DNA of 55,913 nucleotides. Source: Candidatus Poribacteria bacterium (GTDB lineage: Bacteria > Poribacteria > WGA-4E > PCPOR2b). Position 1 is the stretch's first letter; each line of letters begins with the position of its first letter. This document shows positions 46,782 through 55,913 of this stretch, piece after piece. The DNA lies in contig JAGWBT010000004.1 in the NCBI GenBank assembly GCA_021295755.1, forward strand, positions 1 to 55,913, in the 5' to 3' direction. Both the position numbers and the translations under genes were made by a program. The notes below the pieces were generated by a model. That model ran no database searches. It was not told the origin of the DNA and was given only the letters and a program-made list of their open reading frames with translations.

Positions 46782-47747
46782 TTGGTTATGGATACGATTC
46801 AAGGACGAGTCATTCGAGCTAGAACTAGCTTCTATGATGTTCAGGATGGTGACGCGGTGCTTCGTTGTCAGCTGCGGGGGCGTGTCAAGCGTGCCCAGAG
46901 ATCTGCAGAGGGGAGGCAGATCTACGCGGATCCCGTTGCCGTTGGGGATGAGGTCATTGTGACGCCACTCGATAATGACGAGGGGGTCATTGAGGAGATT
47001 TTATCGCGTCGGACAAAATTTTCGCGCAGACACCCCGGCAAGCGTGATGCCATCGAACAGATTGTTGTTGCGAACGCGGATCAGGTGGTTATTGTTCTCT
47101 CAACTCGTTTGCCTGACCTTAATTATCGTTTCTTGGATCGATTCCTAATTTTGGCAGAAGTGGGGGAGATGGATGCGGTTGTCTGCATCAATAAAGTTGA
47201 CCTCATCGATGTAGTAGAACAGCAAAAATTGGGTTCAATCTTGAGCGCCTACGAGCAACTCGGGCATCCAGTGATTTTTACAAGTATCAATTATCCACAG
47301 AGCATTGAACCTTTTCGGGACGCGCTACGAGATAAGTTTAGCGTCATCGTTGGTGCGTCCGGCGTGGGAAAGTCAAGCCTACTGAATACGGTTCAACCGG
47401 GACTGGGCTTGCGTGTCGGCGAAGTGGGACTGAAAACGGGGAAGGGTAGGCATACAACAACACTGGTGGAACTTTTTTGCTTGGATTTTGGCGGTGAGGT
47501 GGCGGATACGCCCGGCATTCGAGAGGTCGGCTTGTGGGGCGTCGATACGGAGAATCTCGATCTCTATTTTCCGGAGATGGAAAATTATCTTGGCAAGTGC
47601 AAATACACAGATTGTGTCCATCTGTCTGAGCCGGGTTGTGCGGTTACCGAGGCGGTCAACACGGGCGAAATTAGCGATGTTCGCTATCTGAGTTATGTTT
47701 CGCTGAGAAACGAGGAGAATATAGAGAACTCGCCCTCCATTCCATAA
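46782..47747 (+). CDS. rsgA: Ribosome small subunit-dependent GTPase A
   Basis: VAVGD.V, VANADQ, NK.DL, GASGVGKSSLLN, GRHTTT, DTPGIRE, C.Y.DC.H..EPGC. Confidence 0.95.
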   Translation: MVMDTIQGRVIRARTSFYDVQDGDAVLRCQLRGRVKRAQRSAEGRQIYADPVAVGDEVIVTPLDNDEGVIEEILSRRTKFSRRHPGKRDAIEQIVVANADQVVIVLSTRLPDLNYRFLDRFLILAEVGEMDAVVCINKVDLIDVVEQQKLGSILSAYEQLGHPVIFTSINYPQSIEPFRDALRDKFSVIVGASGVGKSSLLNTVQPGLGLRVGEVGLKTGKGRHTTTLVELFCLDFGGEVADTPGIREVGLWGVDTENLDLYFPEMENYLGKCKYTDCVHLSEPGCAVTEAVNTGEISDVRYLSYVSLRNEENIENSPSIP

Positions 47748-47780
47748 CGCCGTTCTTCTGCATGCTTAGCGGTAAAGTGA

Positions 47781-48371
47781 TCAAGGGTCATGTTTCGGAG
47801 GAGCGCATCCGTTAAAACGATTCATTGCTGTTTGGACATCCTCTATTACAAACGTCTCAATCGCGTCAGCTGCGCAGGGAATTGCCCAATTGATATCTTC
47901 TCTCTCGGCGGCGGAAAATTCGTTGAGAACATGATCCATCCAATCTCCTTCCACCTTTCCGATCCCCACACGTAAACGCGGGAAATCCTGTGTGCCGAGG
48001 TGATGGATAATTGACTTTATCCCGTTATGTCCACCGTCGCTTCCCGCCCTTCTCATCCGTAGCACACCGATGTCTAGGTTCAGATCATCATAAACTACGC
48101 ATAGCTCATGCGGGAAGATGTCAAACTTCTGAACAAGCATGTTGACAGCTTGTCCGCTGTTGTTCATATAAGTCATCGGTTTGGCAAGGATAACTTCGGA
48201 GTCGTGCCATTCTGTTCGAGCGACAAGTGACTTACACAAGGGCGCTAGCCGATCTAGCTGCAATCGTAAGAGGAGTTCGTTGACAACCCAAAATCCGAGG
48301 TTATGCTTCGTATTTTCGTATCGGGGACCGGGGTTTCCGAGTCCAACGATTAGCTTTCTTGGTGTGGACAT
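47781..48371 (-). CDS. pth: Peptidyl-tRNA hydrolase
   Basis: LIVGLGNPG..Y..T.HN.GF, KP.TYMN.SG, VYDDL.L, GSDGGHNG.KS, RLRVGIG. Confidence 0.97.
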   Translation of the reverse strand: MSTPRKLIVGLGNPGPRYENTKHNLGFWVVNELLLRLQLDRLAPLCKSLVARTEWHDSEVILAKPMTYMNNSGQAVNMLVQKFDIFPHELCVVYDDLNLDIGVLRMRRAGSDGGHNGIKSIIHHLGTQDFPRLRVGIGKVEGDWMDHVLNEFSAAEREDINWAIPCAADAIETFVIEDVQTAMNRFNGCAPPKHDP

Positions 48372-48428
48372 GATGGGTGTTTAGTTTTAGGAAGTTTCGG
48401 GAGGGGCATTCAACTGTGAGAAATAGCG

Positions 48429-49160
48429 TTAATTATCTGTTTCCTGCCCGCTAGCTTGACCTGCTTCCACTGTTTCGGCTTCCGCCGGTTCAACTGCGGT
48501 CGACTCAACTTCTGTCGATTCTGCTTCGGTTGATTCTGCATGCTTACTCACCACTTCCAAGTCCAGCGTAAGTCTCAGCGGCTTTGAAATATCGACATGC
48601 CCACCAATCGTATCCGTTTCAAGCCCCTCAATAAGAATCTGTACCTTTCTAATCGCATCCGAGAAATTCACCTTAACAGTTCGCAGAATTGCGGCTACGG
48701 TGAGGGCTTCGCTGGTTGTTCCGCCGATATGACCGTCTTTGAGATGTTGTGAAAAATCTAAATACGCCGTTGCCTGTTCATCGACGTATACCTCATAGAG
48801 GAGCGTACCTTTGGGAATGGTTTGATATAAGCCACTGATGGAATCACTGAGGAGTGCGGTGATAGTTTGTTTAAGGCGTTCAGTGACATCTTGGGATAGG
48901 TTTAGCTGTCGTTCTTCGCCGGCGAGCCTGAGTGAATTGGTATCAAAGAAGAAGAGCGTACATTTCTGAAGTTGGGTCTGTGCCGGTTCGGAGATGACAA
49001 TGGGTGAAGGAGGAGGTACTGGCGTTGGATCGGTTTGTGGAGACTCACATGTTATAAATATCACTAAGATAGCAATAGTGATTGCGAGAGTGGCAGTTGA
49101 AATCGCAACATGCCGAATCTGAGTAGGTTTCATATTCTTGTGCACCGCATTATCTACCAT
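48429..49160 (-). CDS. GerMN-domain membrane-anchored protein
   Basis: IPKGT.L..V.......AYLDFS, E.LTV.AI..T...NF..I.KVQILI.G....T.GGH.D; alternative start 49133. Confidence 0.8.
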   Translation of the reverse strand: MVDNAVHKNMKPTQIRHVAISTATLAITIAILVIFITCESPQTDPTPVPPPSPIVISEPAQTQLQKCTLFFFDTNSLRLAGEERQLNLSQDVTERLKQTITALLSDSISGLYQTIPKGTLLYEVYVDEQATAYLDFSQHLKDGHIGGTTSEALTVAAILRTVKVNFSDAIRKVQILIEGLETDTIGGHVDISKPLRLTLDLEVVSKHAESTEAESTEVESTAVEPAEAETVEAGQASGQETDN

Positions 49161-50304
49161 TGGCAGTTTCCTCCGCCTGATCTGATTCTGCGATATACGT
49201 CTGAATTGCCTGTACTATTCCTGTTGCGAGGAGGGCAAGGTTGTCGGCGTCTACGAGTCTCGCTTCATCGGCTTCGTTAGATAGATAACCGATTTCAATA
49301 AGAACTGCCGGCATGTAGACCGCTGCCAGGGTTGCGACCGGTATCTCGTTCAGGGGAATTGGAGCAGGCGAGAGCTTTTCTAATTCTGTCTGGAGAATCG
49401 TAGCGAACTTCCGGCTCTGTATCAAGAAATCTTCTTGGGAGAGCGTTTCGATAGTTATGTTACGCTGTGAAGTTTCGTTTGGATGAGTGGGTGGACGCTC
49501 TAATTGGGTAAATCCTAAGGAATTACTAATGTAGAGGTGGATACCTGCGGCCCGTTCTGAAAAAGAGGTGTTGCAGTGCAGACTGAGAAACAGTTTCCCT
49601 TGATTATTCTGTGCAATATCTATTCGCTCGCTCGGACGCCGTTCAAAATCTGCGTCGCGCGTCAATAGGACCGCCACCTGATTCCGGCTGGCAACCTCCT
49701 CGACCTGTTTGGCAAGGTCAAGGACAATATCTTTCTCCGGTCGCATTGTGCTGCCGTGATAACCTGTATCGGCACCGCCGTGTCCTGGATCGAGGATTAC
49801 CAGAAATTTTGCTGGGCCTTCCATAGCCTCAGGAGCGGAGAGATCAGGGAGTGGTGCAGTTTTTTCAGTGATGTGTATCGTCTGTATTACGGGGTTATGA
49901 GTGACCCGAAAATCGTATAACTTGGGCAGCAGATCGGTAAAAAATGTGAGGGGCAGCATCAATTGTCCCTCAATGATCAGTGGGGGATGCGTGAGTGACA
50001 ATTTCGTTTCGTCCGAATCGGCGCTAGCAGAAAGTGATCCAACTCGTAGCAGGAGCTGCTTCTCTTTGAGGTTTAAGGTAAGCCGCTTTGTCAGGGAACT
50101 GTACTGTTGTTTCATCCCCGGATCGAATGCTTCCCGCAAGGTCTTAACTGGCAGATATAATCCGCCATCCTGCTCAATAATCTGTGCTTGGGCGAGCGAC
50201 TTGCCGCTTCCATCAACAAAACGGATTAGCGAGGATTGAGCGTAGCTATAGCTGATCCAACTCGATAACAAAATGGCAATGGATAGAATGGATTGACGCA
50301 CCAT
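49150..50304 (-). CDS. N-acetylmuramoyl-L-alanine amidase (Amidase_3) with N-terminal accessory domain
   Basis: ILDPGHGG, EKDIVL, LTR..D, LSLHCN, MPAVLIEIGYLSN. Confidence 0.9.
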   Translation of the reverse strand: MVRQSILSIAILLSSWISYSYAQSSLIRFVDGSGKSLAQAQIIEQDGGLYLPVKTLREAFDPGMKQQYSSLTKRLTLNLKEKQLLLRVGSLSASADSDETKLSLTHPPLIIEGQLMLPLTFFTDLLPKLYDFRVTHNPVIQTIHITEKTAPLPDLSAPEAMEGPAKFLVILDPGHGGADTGYHGSTMRPEKDIVLDLAKQVEEVASRNQVAVLLTRDADFERRPSERIDIAQNNQGKLFLSLHCNTSFSERAAGIHLYISNSLGFTQLERPPTHPNETSQRNITIETLSQEDFLIQSRKFATILQTELEKLSPAPIPLNEIPVATLAAVYMPAVLIEIGYLSNEADEARLVDADNLALLATGIVQAIQTYIAESDQAEETANGR

Positions 50305-50493
50305 TAAGCACCTGACTACAAGATTGTAGTAACATGTTACCGATAGTCGAGCTAGATTGTGTCCAGATCTATCGGAGGGCTACTGCACTTATCGCGGCTT
50401 ATTCTGATGACCTAATGTAGTGATATAGAGGAATTACGCTGCCTATCGGACACCCTAAAATAGTGGCGAACTTGCAGGTAAAGCGCCACACAC

Positions 50494-51168
50494 TTATTCC
50501 TCATCGTCCTCGTCATCATCACTGCGGCGAGAGATGACTTCTGGTTCCGCATCCTCGTCGGTTTCTGCTTCTAGTTCCATGCCTTCCTCATCTTCCGCTT
50601 CTGGTTCTTCCTCGATCCTCGGCGGCACAACAGCGACGATCCGTGTGTTTGAGTCATCTATAATCTCAATTCCTTCAGGGAGGGAGATATCTTCCACCGA
50701 GATCCTATCGTCGATCGTTAATTCGTTGATATCGACCTCAATTTCGTCAGGTAGAAGGGTTGGGAGACAGTGTAACGTTAATTGTCGGTGCGGAAATTCA
50801 AGGATTCCTCCCTCTTGGATTCCCGGGGCAGATCCGATTAAGGTAATTGGTACTGCAGAGGTAATCGGTTCATCCATTGAGATGCGCAGGAGATCTGTGT
50901 GAAGCGGTTGATTGCTTACCGGGTCCCTCTGAATTTCTTTCACCATAACGTTTTCGATGCCGTGATCTGCGATTTCCAGATTGATAAACGTGTTTTCCCC
51001 GTAGTTTTGCAGAAAATCGCGAAAACCTCGTGCATCAATTTGGATGGGGATAACCTCGTTCTTGCGACCATACAGGACTCCAGGAAGATTCCCTGCACGT
51101 CGCATGCCACGTGCGGCGCCTTTGCCAGCAGCCTCCCGTTTTTGGGCTTCAAGTTTAACTTGTTGCAT
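50494..51168 (-). CDS. rplY: 50S ribosomal protein L25/Ctc (long form)
   Basis: GKGAAR.MRR.G.LPGVLYG, VKEIQ.DP....PLH.D, PG..EGG.L, LP..I.VD; acidic tail. Confidence 0.97.
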   Translation of the reverse strand: MQQVKLEAQKREAAGKGAARGMRRAGNLPGVLYGRKNEVIPIQIDARGFRDFLQNYGENTFINLEIADHGIENVMVKEIQRDPVSNQPLHTDLLRISMDEPITSAVPITLIGSAPGIQEGGILEFPHRQLTLHCLPTLLPDEIEVDINELTIDDRISVEDISLPEGIEIIDDSNTRIVAVVPPRIEEEPEAEDEEGMELEAETDEDAEPEVISRRSDDDEDDEE

Positions 51169-51194
51169 GTGATATTCCTCCAGGACAAAAGAAA

Positions 51195-51220
51195 GCCGTA
51201 GCTGCGACGATAGCTACGGC
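51195..51220 (-). terminator. Intrinsic terminator-like hairpin between tRNA-Gln and rplY
   Basis: gccgtagct-N8-agctacggc followed by tttctttt on the minus strand. Confidence 0.55.
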
Positions 51221-51231
51221 CTATGAAAATG

Positions 51232-51303
51232 CTGGGCGGGTAGGGATCGAACCTACGCATGCGGGTGCCAAAGACCCGTGCCTTACCGCTTGGCGACCGC
51301 CCA
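51232..51303 (-). tRNA. tRNA-Gln (anticodon TTG), CCA not encoded
   Basis: Acceptor TGGGCGG/CCGCCCA, D arm GCCAAGCGGTAAGGC, anticodon arm CGGGT-CTTTGGC-ACCCG, T arm GTAGG-TTCGATC-CCTAC. Confidence 0.95.
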
Positions 51304-52188
51304 TCAAGAGATACGCACTCCCACGCTACTCATAGGGGTTGCATTGCAAAAGGCGAAGTCGTTCTCGAAGTTCGCGGCAGCCAGCTTCGCTTGAGCTTGG
51401 TTTTGCATTAACGCAAACACCGTTGCGCCGCTCCCTGACATGAGCACCCCACGGCTGCCTGGGTATTTGTTGAGTCTGGTTTTTATCTCAGCGACAGCGG
51501 GGTATTTCGAGAGAACAGGTACTTCTAAGCCGTTATAGAGATAGCGCACGATGTTGAAAAACTCGCCATTCTGCAAACAGCGAGTCAGCATTGTAACATT
51601 TTTTTTGGGTGGAGTCAATAATAAATTGATGTGTTGATAAACCCAAGCGGTAGAGATTTCAAAGCCGGGGTTTGCCAGCAGGATCCACGGTTTGTCCATG
51701 GCAGGCAACGGTGTCAAGATTTCACCGATGCCGCGTCCAAGAGCGGCGCCACCCAGTATACAAAACGGCACATCCGCGCCAAGTTGTACGCCTAACTGCA
51801 TTAGATTTGACTGTGTCAAACCGAGGTGAAAAAGGGTATTCATTCCACACAGCACCGCAGCGGCATCTGCGCTACCTCCACCAAGGCCCGCTGCGACCGG
51901 TATCCGTTTCAGAATCGTAATTTCGACGCCGCTCAGATCGGGCGTATTGTCAAGCAGCAGCTTTGCCGCGCGATAGGCAAGGTTACGTGGGTCGCACGGC
52001 ACATGTGGGTGTTCACAGTGCACTGTGATTTGTCTATCAGTACGTTTGCGGAGGTAGATGTCGTCATGCAGGCCAATAGAATGGAAGATTGTTTCGATTT
52101 CGTGATACCCATCCGGGCGTTTTTCAATAACATCGAGGTACAGATTAATCTTTCCGTGTGCATGTACGCACAAGTCGAAATCTGCCAT
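51304..52188 (-). CDS. ispE: 4-(cytidine 5'-diphospho)-2-C-methyl-D-erythritol kinase
   Basis: KINLYL.V...RPDGYHEI.T.F, KRIPVAAGLGGGSADAA, LGADVPF, MSGSG.TVF. Confidence 0.97.
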   Translation of the reverse strand: MADFDLCVHAHGKINLYLDVIEKRPDGYHEIETIFHSIGLHDDIYLRKRTDRQITVHCEHPHVPCDPRNLAYRAAKLLLDNTPDLSGVEITILKRIPVAAGLGGGSADAAAVLCGMNTLFHLGLTQSNLMQLGVQLGADVPFCILGGAALGRGIGEILTPLPAMDKPWILLANPGFEISTAWVYQHINLLLTPPKKNVTMLTRCLQNGEFFNIVRYLYNGLEVPVLSKYPAVAEIKTRLNKYPGSRGVLMSGSGATVFALMQNQAQAKLAAANFENDFAFCNATPMSSVGVRIS

Positions 52189-52189
52189 G

Positions 52190-53125
52190 CTACTCCTTCA
52201 ACAATGGGCGCTGTGTACCTTGCTGCAAAAACCGCTCAAACTCAAACTTACTGTCGTTGATATCAAGGTTGATTTCAGGTTTTATAATTTTCAGTTCGAC
52301 TCGCGTCTTTTCGATGGGGCGTTCTATCTCAATTTTATGAGGGCGCAAGATACCGCCGACCTCCCGATAGTCTGAGAACTTTGCTCGCTGAATAGTTGTG
52401 CCGTTGGTTTCACGCACTTCCCAATCGCTGACCTGCGGTTCGGAATCGCGCACAAAGATTGTAATCTGCTCAATTTGACCTGCGGTGATACCGGGACGCC
52501 TCACCACAAACTTCGCACCGGAATGTGCTAGGGACAACTCGCCGGTTCGCCCGTCTAGGAAGGGATTTGCGAAAATAGCGCTCCGCACATCGGAAACCCG
52601 CAGATCTACCCCAAAAACTTCTTGGAGCACCTGATCTTCCAACGGTTCAAAAATGACCTCTTCCTCGTTGACGAAATAAAGCAGAAACTGGTTTCGCGCA
52701 GCAATAGCAACCACTCGTGGTTCATTCAGGGGTCCCATCGCTTGAATGTGCAGTAGATCGCCGTCCGTCTCGGATCTCTTGTACCAGAGGGATTCTCGGA
52801 CTTCTTCTTTTTTGTCCTCTTCCTCAATGGTCACGATTAGCTGCAGTATCCTTAATGTCGAAGTCAGATTGTAACTCAACTGAAGTTCTTCAAGAATTGG
52901 ATTCAACTTTTCGGCGTCAGCGGGGGATAGCTGAAAAGTTGTCGCTGCGGCTCCGCATCCGTTGAGCACAACCAGAACGCACAGTGCGACTGGTAAGAGG
53001 CAGGAAGTGAGATAGCGATAGATTGGGGTTAAGGGACCATGCGTTGCACATCGGACTCCCACTCTTGGACTTGCGGAGCGGAGGAGTGGAACGTGCGGCA
53101 AAATCGACGGGTTTCTAAGGTTCAT
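52190..53125 (-). CDS. LolA/LolB-fold (DUF4292-like) lipoprotein
   Basis: Lipobox VLNGC; beta-rich pattern ending FSDYREVGG.L.P..I.IE.....T...L......IN......F; likely start 53125. Confidence 0.6.
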   Translation of the reverse strand: MNLRNPSILPHVPLLRSASPRVGVRCATHGPLTPIYRYLTSCLLPVALCVLVVLNGCGAAATTFQLSPADAEKLNPILEELQLSYNLTSTLRILQLIVTIEEEDKKEEVRESLWYKRSETDGDLLHIQAMGPLNEPRVVAIAARNQFLLYFVNEEEVIFEPLEDQVLQEVFGVDLRVSDVRSAIFANPFLDGRTGELSLAHSGAKFVVRRPGITAGQIEQITIFVRDSEPQVSDWEVRETNGTTIQRAKFSDYREVGGILRPHKIEIERPIEKTRVELKIIKPEINLDINDSKFEFERFLQQGTQRPLLKE

Positions 53126-53126
53126 G

Positions 53127-54482
53127 TTATCGTCCTTGGGTGTTGATGCTTGAAATCTGCCACCCATTTTTGGACTTAATCAATCTAAAAGACAACCTGC
53201 CTGAAAGCATTACAGGTGAGTCTGCTGCTGAAGTTAGGACAGCCGTGTAATCTGCGTCCACCGTTGCTGTTCGGGTTTTGCCTTGAACACGCAATTTTTG
53301 CAATGAAAAATCGATCTGTGCATACCTTTGGAATACGCCCGCCATCTTCTCTCGCAGCTGCTTGTAATTTTCGCCATCTCTTGAGTAGTTGGGCGATATG
53401 GTCCCCATCAATGCGGATAGATCGCGATTGGTGTAAGCGGATGCATATCTTTGGATAACGACTTCAACGGGATCTTGTGGGCTGGCTACTGTCTCCATCG
53501 CAGCCCGCGCAAAATCTTCGGTAGTCGATGCATCGGAATCCGATGATGACACAGGCGCGTTGGATTCTACCGCGAAAATCTCATCAAGCAGCTGTTCACT
53601 AGCGTCATCTTGGCTTGATGTCATCGATGCGAGTTCGTCTTTCTTTTCAAGTCCATAAATCTCGATTTCAGTGAGGCGAATCGTTCCCCGCATAGAGCGG
53701 AGGCGGATGCGACTGAGCATTCCGTGTGTGTAGCCGACGGAACGCCTTTTTGCGTAGGTCTCGGTGTCATTTGTCAGGCGAATAAGCAGACGAATCTTTG
53801 AGGTTCGCACCGGTTTGAAACGCACGACGACTCGTCCATCTTTGTTGTTGCGGATACTGTTGTGTTGTTCTCCGATCTTTTTCCCAATCCGATCTACGTG
53901 CTTCCATCCGTTTGCGTGTGGCGTCCAATATTGGACCGCAAAATCGCTGATGCCGTACTGGCTGGCGGGATACTTCTCCGAATCGACGGTGTGGACGATG
54001 ACGCGGGTTACCAGTTCCTCCTCTGCGAATTGAATAACAGCCCAGCCTACCGCCGAAGAAGCAGTACCCTGTATCCCACCGCCGTAAAGGTCTCCGCTAT
54101 TGTAATCTATCTGATTTGTATCTTCGTTCCGACGTGTTGCGCCGCCTCCCCGACTGAAGACTGCCAGCTGCTCACGTTCGCCAGGTTCTATGTATCCACC
54201 ATATTCATATTCGCCATCAAACTTCGATTCCCAGCCCTCACCCTGATCCCAACCTTCAGAGTTTACAATTCCGTTCGTCAAGGTTGAGGCGGGATGATCG
54301 GGGTTATCTTGAGAGACATAAACTACACCTCCATTTTCGGGGCGGGCATAATTTACAAGTTGTTTGTCAATTTCGCTTTCCTCAACAAAAACCTGTTTGA
54401 ATGATTGTTGGCATCCACAGATTAGTGCTAGGTATGCGCTAATGAAAGTTGCGGTTGTAAGATGTTTCATGGACTTTTTCAT
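53127..54482 (-). CDS. Lipoprotein with discoidin/F5-8C-like domain and C-terminal NTF2/SnoaL-like domain
   Basis: Lipobox LICGC; NYARPENGG, W..I.F........V, F.PV.TSKIRLLI, I.L.EIE.YG; Y..AY...DL..LM..ISP.Y. Confidence 0.6.
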   Translation of the reverse strand: MKKSMKHLTTATFISAYLALICGCQQSFKQVFVEESEIDKQLVNYARPENGGVVYVSQDNPDHPASTLTNGIVNSEGWDQGEGWESKFDGEYEYGGYIEPGEREQLAVFSRGGGATRRNEDTNQIDYNSGDLYGGGIQGTASSAVGWAVIQFAEEELVTRVIVHTVDSEKYPASQYGISDFAVQYWTPHANGWKHVDRIGKKIGEQHNSIRNNKDGRVVVRFKPVRTSKIRLLIRLTNDTETYAKRRSVGYTHGMLSRIRLRSMRGTIRLTEIEIYGLEKKDELASMTSSQDDASEQLLDEIFAVESNAPVSSSDSDASTTEDFARAAMETVASPQDPVEVVIQRYASAYTNRDLSALMGTISPNYSRDGENYKQLREKMAGVFQRYAQIDFSLQKLRVQGKTRTATVDADYTAVLTSAADSPVMLSGRLSFRLIKSKNGWQISSINTQGR

Positions 54483-54558
54483 GGCAGAACCCTCGAATTA
54501 ATTTGTGGGTATAGAGCCGAGCCTCTTGTTGTGCGGCATTTATTGTCAATTGAAGGAA

Positions 54559-55836
54559 TCAACCTGTTTTCTTAACTATATCTACCGTCTTGGCAACGAT
54601 CAGGTCCTCAATCTCCTTTAAAAACGGGGCAGGACGTAAGAAGTAGAAGTGAGAGCCATCCACTTCGTATCCGCCGAGGTCATACGTCTCCTTACTCGGT
54701 ACGTAAGCGATCAAGCCGTTGCTGTAAGCGACCGTAATCGTTGTCGCGGGTTGGAGTGCGCTTTTGACGTGTAGACCTATCTCTGTTAGTACCTCACCGC
54801 CGATGAAGATTGCTCGTAGCGCTTCGTTGAATTGCACCACCTGAATCTCTTGCGGGCAACTGGTAGGTAGTCCACCTGCTTTGGATAGCTTGAGCATTTC
54901 TGATGCCCACTGTCTGATGAATGGATTGGCGTGGTTTTCTGCCTTATCACGGAACCTTGCATCATCGGGTAGTTCGGCATAGGGTAGGTGATGAAAATCA
55001 CTTGTGACACACAACTCTTCAGCGTCCACTGGGGTTATGGCTTGTCGGGACTGGATCGCCTCATCTGCAATTCGTCGGGAGGCGGTTTCTAGCTCTTCGA
55101 GTGACGGTGTGTTAAAGCCGTTGTTCTCGCCCTTAAACCATGGACGAATGTTTCCCGCACAGCCTGTCGCGAAGAATGCGGGTGCTTCGGTTTGTTCGCT
55201 TAATGCGCGGCATAGAAAGCCGGGGTAATCCCCGCCCAGCATGTATCCGCCTCGGCTTGTTGGGTGGCAGCCGAAGATTGTTAAGCTGCCGATCAATTCT
55301 CTACTTGTGCTACTAAACCAGAGGGTGTCTAAATCTCGGTCCATGGTACCATCCGGATTTGGTGCGAATAGAACGCCACCCTCTCCGTCCGGCAGACGGC
55401 GACTGACGCCAAATTCAGAGTGTCCTCTCGAAAACCCTACAGTTCCTTCAACTTGCCGATTTTTTGCTGCAACTGCGACTTGGACAAGCTGGTTCAGGAG
55501 AAATTCTGCATATCCCTTCTCAACCTCGCCCGGCATCGCCATCGGATAGAAGAACGGCGCACAATGCGTGTGCGTCGCTGTCAAAACGACCTGGCGCGGT
55601 AGCAAACCGGTGGATTCAGCGATCCGATTTTTTGCGGACGCTGCGTACGCAAGGTCGTATCCGATGAGGTCTGCGGTTAAGATCAGCACCTCGTCTGTAT
55701 CACCGGTGATGGAGATAGCCCCGGCGGTGAGTGGCTGGTAGACACCTTCAGATCTGTGGTCACGGTTGCCATAGCCCGTTAGCCAGACGGGGTGCTGGGG
55801 TGTTATGTCGATGCTCGCAATACCGATTTTTGTCAT
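54559..55836 (-). CDS. Neutral/alkaline ceramidase N-terminal-domain family hydrolase
   Basis: IDITP..PV.L.GYG.R, ATHTHCAP, FGCHPT, GGDYPG, GCAGN, Y.PS...Y..GGYEV. Confidence 0.75.
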   Translation of the reverse strand: MTKIGIASIDITPQHPVWLTGYGNRDHRSEGVYQPLTAGAISITGDTDEVLILTADLIGYDLAYAASAKNRIAESTGLLPRQVVLTATHTHCAPFFYPMAMPGEVEKGYAEFLLNQLVQVAVAAKNRQVEGTVGFSRGHSEFGVSRRLPDGEGGVLFAPNPDGTMDRDLDTLWFSSTSRELIGSLTIFGCHPTSRGGYMLGGDYPGFLCRALSEQTEAPAFFATGCAGNIRPWFKGENNGFNTPSLEELETASRRIADEAIQSRQAITPVDAEELCVTSDFHHLPYAELPDDARFRDKAENHANPFIRQWASEMLKLSKAGGLPTSCPQEIQVVQFNEALRAIFIGGEVLTEIGLHVKSALQPATTITVAYSNGLIAYVPSKETYDLGGYEVDGSHFYFLRPAPFLKEIEDLIVAKTVDIVKKTG

Positions 55837-55885
55837 GAATTCCCTCGTTTTGTTGGGGGCTCATACGGAGACTCGACTACTGACC

Positions 55886-55913
55886 TTGACATACTCCCCG
55901 CCCTAAAGGACGA
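55886..55913 (+). mobile_element. Probable end of an IS200/IS605-family element or its non-autonomous derivative (truncated by the window edge)
   Basis: ttgac-atactccccgccctaaaggacga resembles the subterminal CCCGCCC-TAAA-GGxCGxGG hairpin of IS200/IS605/IS1341-type ends; no transposase in the window. Confidence 0.5.

Noticed and set aside
51232-51303. tRNA-Gln as an integration site for an island
   Set aside because: No integrase nearby and no duplicated tRNA 3' end found in the window.

Overview
Gene-dense bacterial chromosome segment. It is most likely from Candidatus Poribacteria or a close relative; this is an inference from the dockerin + 'LLANFPNPFNPETWIPY' C-terminal-domain protein, the DUF6785-like membrane protein and the many glycan/sulfate-scavenging enzymes. 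From left to right: (1) two paralogous poly-Asp lipoproteins downstream of a TonB-dependent receptor. The complete one carries a cytochrome-c-like domain, and the receptor has a near-consensus sigma54 promoter plus tandem enhancer-like sites. (2) A 1382-aa stand-alone beta-propeller lipoprotein and an SLC12-like transporter. (3) A 12-gene, AT-richer carotenoid cluster (idi, unknown secreted protein, crtY, crtD, crtI, crtB, cruD, cruC, cruF, crtW, NodB-type deacetylase), predicted to make a keto-monocyclic acyl-glycosyl carotenoid. (4) Catabolic genes: sialidase-like protein, three TIM-barrel sugar isomerases, a Thr-type sulfatase-like hydrolase, NAGPA-like, GH-A-like and ceramidase-like proteins. 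(5) Decayed genes: alkB-like, hicA, DUF433, a dockerin/CTD surface protein and a TolB-like fragment. (6) An orphan archaeal-type tRNA-guanine transglycosylase fused to a DUF5591-like domain. (7) A housekeeping block: rsgA, pth, rplY, tRNA-Gln, ispE. A MITE family carrying GTAG-REP hairpins and a probable IS200/IS605 end are also present. No CRISPR array, integrase or transposase gene was seen. All product calls come from motif recognition by eye; no database searches were run.
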